From contig NJBH01000027.1 of the NCBI GenBank assembly GCA_005223125.1, positions 1-53,446 of the forward strand: a stretch of 53,446 nt of DNA. The letters run 5' to 3'. This document shows, piece after piece, positions 39,830 to 47,968 of the stretch. A program made the position numbers and the translations under genes. The notes beneath the pieces are model-generated. The model had not been told where the DNA came from and searched no databases. It saw only the letters and a list, made by a program, of their open reading frames with translations. This DNA is from Promethearchaeota archaeon Loki_b32. GTDB taxonomy: Archaea > Asgardarchaeota > Lokiarchaeia > Sigyniarchaeales > SOKP01. Numbering within the stretch: position 1 is the first letter of the stretch; every line of letters begins with the position of its first letter.

Positions 39830-40540
39830 TTATATAAGAAAATCTTTAAGATCCTTGCTTATGTCTGCCTTTATTTCTTTTTCAAGCTTCTCTGATGCAT
39901 ATTCTGCTTTATAGAAAACAGGACAATCAAATCCAAAAAGTTTACAAGTAAACTCATTATATACATTTCTCTTTTTAGAAACTAAACTGATCACACCATA
40001 AGGGCAATATTTAAGAAGTATACAAGGTTTTTCAAATTCTGGTCTAAAATATTTCTTTAAATGTTTAAATCTGATTCGTTTTGCTTCATTTCTTAATTCT
40101 TCATTAAATTTTGGTCTATTTAATGATTTTTCTATAACTTTTTCAGAAATATAAAAAACAGGACAGTCATGACCAAAAACTTGGCAGGTATATCTCGATA
40201 TCTCTCTGCGGATTCTAAAAGCTTCAACAAGCCCACCATAAGGGCACCACTTAAGTATATAACAAGGTTTTTCTGCGTTCTCATCAACCATGATACTCTC
40301 ATTGAACCATCTTTTAGGATCAGTGGTTTCCTGTATATCATTATAGCATTCTTCGCAAAACCATCCCTCATATTGAGCAATATAGACCATATTTTTCATA
40401 GTATCATCCCCCTTACACCTACAACATAAAATTGAGTGATGAAATGCGGTTAAAAGTTCGTTATATTCTCTATTTAGTTGCCCTCTCCTTTTCTCATCCA
40501 ACTTAGTATACTCATTGATAAGTCGGTTTTTCCAAGCCAA
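39830..40540 (-). CDS. Cys-rich protein: zinc finger plus two KPC..LK.CPYG...C..FG.DCPVFY repeats
   Basis: CCRC...WFCEEC; two ~45-aa four-Cys repeats visible in the translation. Confidence 0.8.
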   Translation of the reverse strand: MAWKNRLINEYTKLDEKRRGQLNREYNELLTAFHHSILCCRCKGDDTMKNMVYIAQYEGWFCEECYNDIQETTDPKRWFNESIMVDENAEKPCYILKWCPYGGLVEAFRIRREISRYTCQVFGHDCPVFYISEKVIEKSLNRPKFNEELRNEAKRIRFKHLKKYFRPEFEKPCILLKYCPYGVISLVSKKRNVYNEFTCKLFGFDCPVFYKAEYASEKLEKEIKADISKDLKDFLI

Positions 40541-40626
40541 ATTTTTTAATTTTCTTAAAGTTCTAAGTCTCTCCTCGACAACCTTTTTAAAAATAATCCT
40601 AAAATTATAAAATAAGGTGATTAAAA

Positions 40627-40845
40627 ATTACATTAAAATTTCCAAGTTCTATAATTTGTCCTAGCTGCAACAAGGAAATTAGGATCGAAAGCGGTGTAAA
40701 GGGTATGCTAAAGACTGATGAACTTCTCACAATGCGAATAAGGACCCCACTTTATACAGTTCCCGGAAAAATAACAGATGCCCGTTTAGATATAAGTATA
40801 TGTTCTCAATGTAGAACGATAGTTGGACTCGGTAGAAAAATGTAA
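40627..40845 (+). CDS. Zinc-ribbon microprotein lacking a canonical start (absent from ORF track)
   Basis: Manual translation ...IICPSCNKEIRIESG...ISICSQCRTIVGLGRKM*; AAGGTGA lies 6 nt upstream of an in-frame ATT at 40627. Confidence 0.55.
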   Translation: MTLKFPSSIICPSCNKEIRIESGVKGMLKTDELLTMRIRTPLYTVPGKITDARLDISICSQCRTIVGLGRKM

Positions 40846-40886
40846 ATTCTGCTTAAATTTTATATAGCTATAATCTAATTTACTAA

Positions 40887-41021
40887 TTAAAGCTGTACTT
40901 TAAAGTTTTCCATCCATTTTTTGATCTTTTCAATGAGGTCGGCATAATCCACCACTTCGACACCCTTTGGTAAATTATTCGCATCGATGGAATGAGAATC
41001 GAATACCTTTTGATTATACAA
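40887..41021 (-). pseudogene. Possible short ORF or gene fragment
   Basis: TTG-started 44-aa frame ...NNLPKGVEVVDYADLIEKIKKWMENFKVQL*; looks protein-like but is short. Confidence 0.3.
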
Positions 41022-41109
41022 CCATTCGAAGTAAAAAACTAAAGAAATCTTTAATTCTTTTTTTTAAAAAAGTAATAAAAGATAAAATTAAGAAAAAAAT
41101 GAAATTTAA

Positions 41110-41907
41110 TTATTTAATTTTTTTAGCTTCTTCAATCCAATCTTCAATTTCTTCTAATCGAGGAGGCTTTCTAAACACATCTGGTTTTTCTTTATCTAAT
41201 GCTGTTATCCGATCCAGAGTATTCTTAGGGTTTCGTTGGGCTAATTCTTTAACGCTATCAATTCCAATCTGATTAAGAACATCTGAATATTCAGGGCCTA
41301 CACCACCTATTCTCATTAAATCTGCATGTTCTGCCCATTTATCTATTAGTTTCTCCGAAATTTTTGTAGATGCTGCTAGATTTTTAATTTTAACTGAATC
41401 AAACGATATCAAATTTTCAACATTGGATATTCCCGCTTTTTCTAATGTTTTGGAATATTTGCTACCAATTCCCTCAATTTCAATAATTGGAGTCGTTTTT
41501 GGACTTGTTTTGGCTTTTTTATCTTCATACATTCCTTTTGCTTCACTTATCCAGCCCCCTATTTCTTCAACTTTAGGTATTTTTCTGATTACGTCAGGTT
41601 GTTTTTTATCCAAAATAACTATTTTATCCAATGTTTTTTGAGGATTCCTGTAAGAGAGTTCTTTAATAGAATCAATTCCGACTATATTTAAAACTTCAGA
41701 ATATTCAGGACCAATACCCTTGAGTTCCATTAGCTCTGCTTGATCTTGCCATTTTTCAAGTAATTTTACTGAGATCTTTGTTTTTTCTGCTAATTCTTTT
41801 AGTTCCCGCCATGTTAAGGGTATTAGATTTTCTACTTCAGCAATACCTTCTTTCTCTAATATTTTAGCATATTTCTCGCCAATACCCTCAATTTCAATAA
41901 TTTTCAT
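41110..41907 (-). CDS. Tandem DUF4332 (helix-hairpin-helix) protein
   Basis: Two copies of IIEIEGIG.KY...LEK.GI...KW...A.LM...G.GPEYS.VL...GIDS.KEL..RNP. Confidence 0.88.
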   Translation of the reverse strand: MKIIEIEGIGEKYAKILEKEGIAEVENLIPLTWRELKELAEKTKISVKLLEKWQDQAELMELKGIGPEYSEVLNIVGIDSIKELSYRNPQKTLDKIVILDKKQPDVIRKIPKVEEIGGWISEAKGMYEDKKAKTSPKTTPIIEIEGIGSKYSKTLEKAGISNVENLISFDSVKIKNLAASTKISEKLIDKWAEHADLMRIGGVGPEYSDVLNQIGIDSVKELAQRNPKNTLDRITALDKEKPDVFRKPPRLEEIEDWIEEAKKIK

Positions 41908-42080
41908 AATATTCGCCTTATTATATTTTAAAACTAATTTTATTGTTGGTAAGATAAATATGGGGTGTTCTTTTTTAATATTTTACTCAATCAAAAATAA
42001 GTTTAAAAAATGATTGGAATCAGAATTTTAAACAATGTGAAACTATTTTCATTTAGTTAAATCTGGAATCAAATAATTGG

Positions 42081-42449
42081 ATGAAGAAAAATACAATGAT
42101 GGATACTTCTAAAAAAAGAGTTGAATTAATGGCTCCGCTGAAAAACTATAAATCCCTAAACGCTGTGTTAGGTAAAGCTGATGCTGTGTATTTTGGTGTT
42201 GAATCGTTTAACATGCGAATGTATAGTGACAATTTTAAACTAGAAGAACTAAATGATATTGTAAAAATTTGCCATAATCATAATATTAACGCTTACCTAA
42301 CAACAAATGTAGTAATTTATGAAAATGAATTTTCTCTTTTAGATCAAATATTAGATAAAGCAGTAGAGGCCGAAATTGATGCTGTAATCATTCATGACAT
42401 TGGTGCTATTCAATTAGCAAAGGAAAAAGGATTACATTTCCATATTTCT
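42081..42449 (+). CDS. U32 peptidase-family protein, truncated at the chimeric junction
   Basis: ELMAP, ADAVYFG, FNMR, YLTTN, DAVI.HD.G, HIS; the expected HISTQ motif and remainder are missing. Confidence 0.85.
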
Positions 42450-42461
42450 GACCTCAATTAA
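42442..42461. other. Junction between archaeal (Asgard-like) and Acinetobacter-like DNA
   Basis: U32 gene breaks mid-motif; gene content switches to Gammaproteobacterial; GC visibly higher to the right. Confidence 0.88.
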
Positions 42462-42581
42462 CTGCAAAGGTTTTTAATGGACCGTTTTAAAACAGATTTG
42501 ATTTCATCCCCAATAACTTCAAGTGATAACTAACAAAGAATAAAAACCTTTGATGGTTTGTTATCTTGTTAAGAGAAAGCT

Positions 42582-42610
42582 ATCTTTGCCTCGAACATGC
42601 AATATGTCAA
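42582..42610 (-). promoter_or_regulatory. Putative sigma70 promoter for the gene normally downstream of pilQ (aroK)
   Basis: Minus-strand TTGACA-N17-AAAGAT; pilQ-aroK order is well known in Gammaproteobacteria. Confidence 0.4.
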
Positions 42611-42648
42611 ATCAGAGGTTGAGTTCATTTGCAATTATTGAAAATATA

Positions 42649-44826
42649 TTAATGATTTCTTGTCAAAGTGTCATTAACAATTCTCGGTGTCACAAAAATT
42701 AGCAGTTCACGCTTATTATCCGTTTTAAGATCACGACGGAATAATCGACCAATGTAAGGAATATCGCCTAAGAAAGGTACTTTTGTTTGAGAGCTAATAT
42801 TTTCCTGCTCAAAAATCCCACCTAAAACAACGGTTTCGCCATTATCCACTAATACATTGGTATCAATAGAGTTTTTGCTAATCGTTAATTGACCAGTAGG
42901 TGTTGGCGTACTAGGTGCATCCTTAGTGATATTCAACTTCATCATTACTTTACCATCAGGTGTAATGCTAGGAGTTACATCCAAACTTAAGGTTGCGTCA
43001 ATAAATTCAGTTTTAGGAACTGCATTTGCTCCGCCGCCAGACGAAGAGGTATATGGGATTTTTGTACCTGACTCAATTTTTGCCGCTTGTTTATCAGCAG
43101 TCATCACTTTCGGTGTAGAAATTACCTCACCATAACCATCAGCCTGTACTGCTGAAAGCTCTAAATCCAACATAAAGTCAGATAAACTGATTAGACCAAA
43201 GGCAATTCTACTGGCACCTGGTGTAACAGCCCCCAAATCAACATTCAGATTATCTGGCCGTTCAATTTCATACGTCCAACCACCAGTATCTGAATTCTTT
43301 GTTGGTTCTCGCAAATTCCATAAAGTTGTATCACTACCACCAACCAATAAATCATTATTACTCGTAATGCCTTGTGATAAAATACCCCACTTCACACCCA
43401 TCTCTTTTGTGAAATCGGTACTTGCTCGTACAATGCGCGCTTCAATCATCACTTGCTTAACCGAAACATCCAGTAAATCAATCATTTTACGTATTTTATC
43501 AATATTAACTGCCGTATCATTGACAATTAAAGTATTCGTTCGTGTATCAGCTACAACACTCCCCCTTGAACTCAACAAACTTTCTAAAGCAAGAGAATCA
43601 GAATTCGCTGTACGATTTGCAACAGCGCCCTTCCCATCTCTTGAGTCTTCTATTAACTTTAAAATATCTGCAGCTTTTGCATAACTTAATTTAATATATT
43701 CAGACTGAATAGGCGCTAATTTAATGCTTTGAGCAATCGCTTTCGCCTCATCTTCCTCAGATTTAATCAACTCAGGAATAGGCGCAATCCAAATCACATT
43801 ACCATTGCGACGCTTATCTAAATTTTTAGTTTTCAGTACAATATCTAGCGCCTGATCCCATGGAACATCCTTTAAACGCAAAGTAATGTTTCCTTGCACC
43901 GTATCCGCAGCAACCATATTGATTCCAGTAAAGTCTGCCAACAGCTGTAATACTCGACGGACCTCAATATCTTGGAAGTCCAAAGAAATTTTATTACCCG
44001 TATAGGTCTGAGCTTTGGCTTTTTGCGGTGTGTTATCTTGAGGGCGCTTAAGACTAATCGTCAGCTTATTTTCTGCTTGATATGCCATATACTCATAGCT
44101 ACCTGCAGACTGGATATTAATAATTCCATTACCTTTATCATTATATGCGTCAATACTGGCAACTGGTGTCGCAAAATCATTGGTATTTAAGCGGCGCGCT
44201 AAATGAGTCGGGATTTTACTTCCCATTGTCCGAACAACGATCTTACTTCCTTGTTGTTGAACATCAACTGGCGTATTACTTCCCAGCAGATCAATAACAA
44301 CTAAACCTTCACCATCTTTACCACGCTGAAAACCAATATTTGATACACCTTGCTGTACCTGATTCACTGAAGATTTCATTACAGCACTAGTCTGAGGTTG
44401 TACAGAATTAATTTTCAGTACAAAAGTATTACCTTCAACACGAGTCGTAAATGCACCAGCATCTTTTAGATTTACAATTACACGAGAACGCTGATCATCA
44501 GAAGCTACATCAATCGAATTTGCTTCATTCGTAGACACTGGAATAGACGTTCTTTTCAATGTTTGTTGAGCTTTATCGAAATCTAGAATTAATCGACCTG
44601 GCTGCTCAAGTTGATATGCTTGTGGCTGAGGTGGTAAACCATTAAACATGATTCGAATCTCAGTACCTTGCTCAGCCAAACTCATCGGTACAATGTTCGT
44701 CATCGCTACCTGAGCTGAAGCAGCCTGCATTACCGCTATAGTAATAGCAGCCATAGAAAATTGTCGGAATGCACGATTCATGGTCTTCGCTTCCCCAAAT
44801 AAAGAATCTTTAAACTGTTTTTTCAT
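42649..44826 (-). CDS. pilQ: Type IV pilus secretin PilQ (ComQ)
   Basis: AMIN-like domains, ISLDFQDI, VPWDQALD, QVMIEARIV, KVPFLGDIP, ELLIFVTPRI. Confidence 0.97.
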   Translation of the reverse strand: MKKQFKDSLFGEAKTMNRAFRQFSMAAITIAVMQAASAQVAMTNIVPMSLAEQGTEIRIMFNGLPPQPQAYQLEQPGRLILDFDKAQQTLKRTSIPVSTNEANSIDVASDDQRSRVIVNLKDAGAFTTRVEGNTFVLKINSVQPQTSAVMKSSVNQVQQGVSNIGFQRGKDGEGLVVIDLLGSNTPVDVQQQGSKIVVRTMGSKIPTHLARRLNTNDFATPVASIDAYNDKGNGIINIQSAGSYEYMAYQAENKLTISLKRPQDNTPQKAKAQTYTGNKISLDFQDIEVRRVLQLLADFTGINMVAADTVQGNITLRLKDVPWDQALDIVLKTKNLDKRRNGNVIWIAPIPELIKSEEDEAKAIAQSIKLAPIQSEYIKLSYAKAADILKLIEDSRDGKGAVANRTANSDSLALESLLSSRGSVVADTRTNTLIVNDTAVNIDKIRKMIDLLDVSVKQVMIEARIVRASTDFTKEMGVKWGILSQGITSNNDLLVGGSDTTLWNLREPTKNSDTGGWTYEIERPDNLNVDLGAVTPGASRIAFGLISLSDFMLDLELSAVQADGYGEVISTPKVMTADKQAAKIESGTKIPYTSSSGGGANAVPKTEFIDATLSLDVTPSITPDGKVMMKLNITKDAPSTPTPTGQLTISKNSIDTNVLVDNGETVVLGGIFEQENISSQTKVPFLGDIPYIGRLFRRDLKTDNKRELLIFVTPRIVNDTLTRNH

Positions 44827-44842
44827 TTTTATTCCCTTAATC

Positions 44843-45370
44843 TTACGGTGCTAGCCCAATTAAAACGAGAGTTCTAGGTCTTTCAACATACCCTTCTCGC
44901 CCATCAGGTACAATTTCCACCAAATCAATCTGTGTCGGGCTGATTTTAACAATTCGTCCTTGATTTACACCCAAGTAACTTCCAACTTGCACACGCTCTA
45001 CCTGCCCATCTGGTGTTTGAATCAAAGCAATCGTCTCATTACTTTTCCCACGCATACTACCTTTCATATTCAGAGACTCTAGTGCATAGCTCTCTAAAGG
45101 TTGTGGTTGACGATTAAAGTTTGGATAAACACGTTTACCCGCCATGATTCTTAATTCCGCAGCCAAAGAACTTGGCATAAATGGACTTTTTAATTGGTGT
45201 GCTGAATAATTAAATAAAGGTACTGGTGTAAAAATAGGTGCTGGTTCAATCGGTAGTGGAGCTTCATTACGAATAGCAGCCATCTGTTGATTTACAGCGT
45301 CAATACGAGAATCACAACCAGACAAACCAAGCAGCGATAATACGCCGAGTAATAATGTTGTTTTATTCAT
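44843..45370 (-). CDS. pilP: Type IV pilus lipoprotein PilP
   Basis: Lipobox LSGC, SPF, PLESY.LE.L, G.YLG.N.G.I. Confidence 0.95.
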   Translation of the reverse strand: MNKTTLLLGVLSLLGLSGCDSRIDAVNQQMAAIRNEAPLPIEPAPIFTPVPLFNYSAHQLKSPFMPSSLAAELRIMAGKRVYPNFNRQPQPLESYALESLNMKGSMRGKSNETIALIQTPDGQVERVQVGSYLGVNQGRIVKISPTQIDLVEIVPDGREGYVERPRTLVLIGLAP

Positions 45371-45372
45371 TA

Positions 45373-46107
45373 TTACTTCCCTCCTTGAGCATTAGCAGCT
45401 GGTTGAGTTGCTGGAGAAACCGTGTCCGTACCAGCTTGATCATCTGCCCCAATATAACGATATGTTTTTGCTTTAACTGAGTAATTAATCACAGGAATAT
45501 CTGATTTCTTTTGTGTATCAGGTTTAGCTTCTACAACAAAATCATGTAGCGTTACGATTCGAGGTAACGCAGCAATCCCCGTAACGAACGCGCCAAATGC
45601 ATGATAATCACCCGTTGCCTCAATGCTTATTGGTTGCTCAATAAAGAATTCTTGCTTAACTTCACTCTCTAAACGGATATTTTTAAATTTCAGACCAGAA
45701 TTCACGCCTGTTAAGTTAATATCTTCAACCAAACTTGGAATTTCTGTTTCTTTTGGAAGCTGTTCAAGCTGTTGATTAAAATTCGCTTCCATTTCTTGTA
45801 ATTGTGCTTGGTATTGCTGCAAGTTTCTTAACTTCGAGTCCTTCTCTCTAAACTCGTTTAATAAGCTTTGCTCTTTAGCTTGCGCATTTGCAATCGATTC
45901 AAGCTGAGATTTAATGACGACGAAATAACCAAGCGCCACCACCGCCAAGAAAACAAAAATCCAGCATGTAATTTTAACTGACAGAGGCCAACTGCCGTAG
46001 TTGTTCATATCCAACGTGTTAAATTGTTGGAAGAACTGCTCTACTGTCATTTTCTTTTTCTTGACTACAACATCTTGATTGAGGTCATTTAGTTCTTCTT
46101 GACTCAT
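45373..46107 (-). CDS. pilO: Type IV pilus assembly protein PilO
   Basis: GSWP, QLP.ETEIP.L, FFIEQPI, GDYH.FG.F, LPRIVTL, AKTYRY. Confidence 0.95.
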   Translation of the reverse strand: MSQEELNDLNQDVVVKKKKMTVEQFFQQFNTLDMNNYGSWPLSVKITCWIFVFLAVVALGYFVVIKSQLESIANAQAKEQSLLNEFREKDSKLRNLQQYQAQLQEMEANFNQQLEQLPKETEIPSLVEDINLTGVNSGLKFKNIRLESEVKQEFFIEQPISIEATGDYHAFGAFVTGIAALPRIVTLHDFVVEAKPDTQKKSDIPVINYSVKAKTYRYIGADDQAGTDTVSPATQPAANAQGGK

Positions 46108-46748
46108 TGTGCACCTCCAGCCGTTGCAGAAGCAGCTGTTTCCGCTGATGGGTCAACTTCAGTCACCGCCCCAATCTCCCCTAAATCAACTGTTACAACA
46201 AAGCTTCCATAGTTTTCCTCGACTCGAGGAACTAAAGAACTAGCAGCTTTATCTTTTTTCTCTTCGGCCGCTAAGAACGAATTCATAAATGCATTTCGAT
46301 ACCAAGGGGATGCTTCCAAATTACGCAGCAATTCAGCAACTGTATTTGGACTTTCCGCTTTTCCTTCAATCGTGAATTTATCACCCGTTCTTGTGAACTT
46401 GGTTAAATACATCGTAGGTGGCGTAACCCGAACCAGTTCATCTACCAATCGCACAGTTACAGGACGCTGACCTTGCAATCCTTGAATCAGCTTCATACGT
46501 TCAATAATTGCATTACGTCGTTCTTGCAAACCTTCTAATGATTTTAACTGAGTATCTAGATTTTGATTGGTACTTACAATTAATTGATTCGCTTGCTCTT
46601 GATCATCCAGTTTTTGATCAAAGTAAACCCAACCTGAAAATATTGATGCCACACCTAAAGCAGCAACACCAACACACAAAGCGACAAACTGTTTCTTTCT
46701 TTGTTCTCTTAGCTCATCACGCCAAGGGAGTAAGTTAATCTTTGCCAT
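46104..46748 (-). CDS. pilN: Type IV pilus assembly protein PilN
   Basis: N-terminal INLLPWR motif, TM, coiled coil. Confidence 0.95.
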   Translation of the reverse strand: MAKINLLPWRDELREQRKKQFVALCVGVAALGVASIFSGWVYFDQKLDDQEQANQLIVSTNQNLDTQLKSLEGLQERRNAIIERMKLIQGLQGQRPVTVRLVDELVRVTPPTMYLTKFTRTGDKFTIEGKAESPNTVAELLRNLEASPWYRNAFMNSFLAAEEKKDKAASSLVPRVEENYGSFVVTVDLGEIGAVTEVDPSAETAASATAGGAQ

Positions 46749-47806
46749 TAATCAAAACTCCTCAATGCTAGACCACATGCCACCATCAAAGAGGAAGCAT
46801 CATTTTCTATTTTTTTAATGTCAATTTGGGGAGAAAAGCCCATTTGTAGGAATGGGTTAGCAATCGTAACGCGATAACCTAGTTTTTGTTGCAATAGCTT
46901 CGCTAAGCCAGGAATATTGGCATTACCGCCAGCCAATAAAATATGATCAATTTCATTAAATTGCGATGATGAGAAGAAAAATTGCAGTGAGCGTGCAGCT
47001 TGCTGCACAACCGCATCAAGGAAAGGTTCCAAAACTTCAGTGTCATAATCATCTGGGAGCGATCTTTCTTTTTTTGCCCGACCTGCTTCTTCAAATGATA
47101 AACCGTAGCGGTTTTGCACATCTTGGGTAAGCTGGCGACCACCAAATACTTGCTCACGCGTATAAATGATTTTACCTTTTTGCATCACAGATAAAGTTGT
47201 CATGGTATGACCAATATCTAGAATGCCGACAGTATTCGCGCCCATTGGAAGCGTATCAGAAAACACACTAAAAGCTCGTTCCATTGCATAACTTTCAACT
47301 TCAGCAATTTTTGCTGTTAAGTTCGCAAGTTCAAGAACTTCGACACGCGTGTCAACATTTTCTGTTCGGGTAGCAACTAATAGGACGTTAACGCGATTGG
47401 GATTTGGCAATTTATCAGGCAGAACCTCAAAATCAAGGCTCACCTCATCTAATGGAAACGGAATGTACTGTTCAGCATCCATACGAATTTGCACTTCACG
47501 CTCTTCATCTGACATATCAGCATCCATCTCAATGATCTTATTAATCACCATTGATGTTGGAACTGCGATTGCCACATTGGTAGTGTGAGGGTTCGCTAAA
47601 TTGACAACACGCTCAAGGGCATCACCAACTGCTTCAGGATTAAGAATGCTTTTTTCGACGACACTGTTTTCTGGCAGCGGCATCAACGCATAACTTTCAA
47701 CCCAATATCTACCGTTCTTTACAGAGAGCTCCAATAACTTAACAGTTGTCGAACTAATATCGACCCCTACTAACCCCTTATTTGGTTTACGATATAACCT
47801 GAGCAC
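46748..47806 (-). CDS. pilM: Type IV pilus assembly protein PilM
   Basis: GVDISS, QYIPFPLDEV, LDIG, LAGG, ANPF, ACGLALR. Confidence 0.96.
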   Translation of the reverse strand: MLRLYRKPNKGLVGVDISSTTVKLLELSVKNGRYWVESYALMPLPENSVVEKSILNPEAVGDALERVVNLANPHTTNVAIAVPTSMVINKIIEMDADMSDEEREVQIRMDAEQYIPFPLDEVSLDFEVLPDKLPNPNRVNVLLVATRTENVDTRVEVLELANLTAKIAEVESYAMERAFSVFSDTLPMGANTVGILDIGHTMTTLSVMQKGKIIYTREQVFGGRQLTQDVQNRYGLSFEEAGRAKKERSLPDDYDTEVLEPFLDAVVQQAARSLQFFFSSSQFNEIDHILLAGGNANIPGLAKLLQQKLGYRVTIANPFLQMGFSPQIDIKKIENDASSLMVACGLALRSFD

Positions 47807-47968
47807 AGTACTTTCCTATTTATTTTTTTATCCCCAAAAATACAACATACTAATTTGTTTTGGTCTTTAATTTATACGGATACAATAACTCATCTAACAA
47901 TCCGCATGTCTAAAGGATATACTGACCACAATTAGTTTGCCATTCGCTCTTATTAAAACTTACTTATT

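Noticed and set aside
40600-40626. Selenocysteine readthrough of TGA at 40618 into the zinc-ribbon ORF
   Set aside because: An in-frame TAA lies six codons upstream with no start codon between
36118-41100. Provirus or IS element
   Set aside because: No integrase, transposase, terminal inverted repeats, tRNA target or virion genes recognised
42450-42461. Natural stop or frameshift in the U32 gene
   Set aside because: I could not recognise a U32 continuation downstream; the following DNA belongs to the bacterial segment
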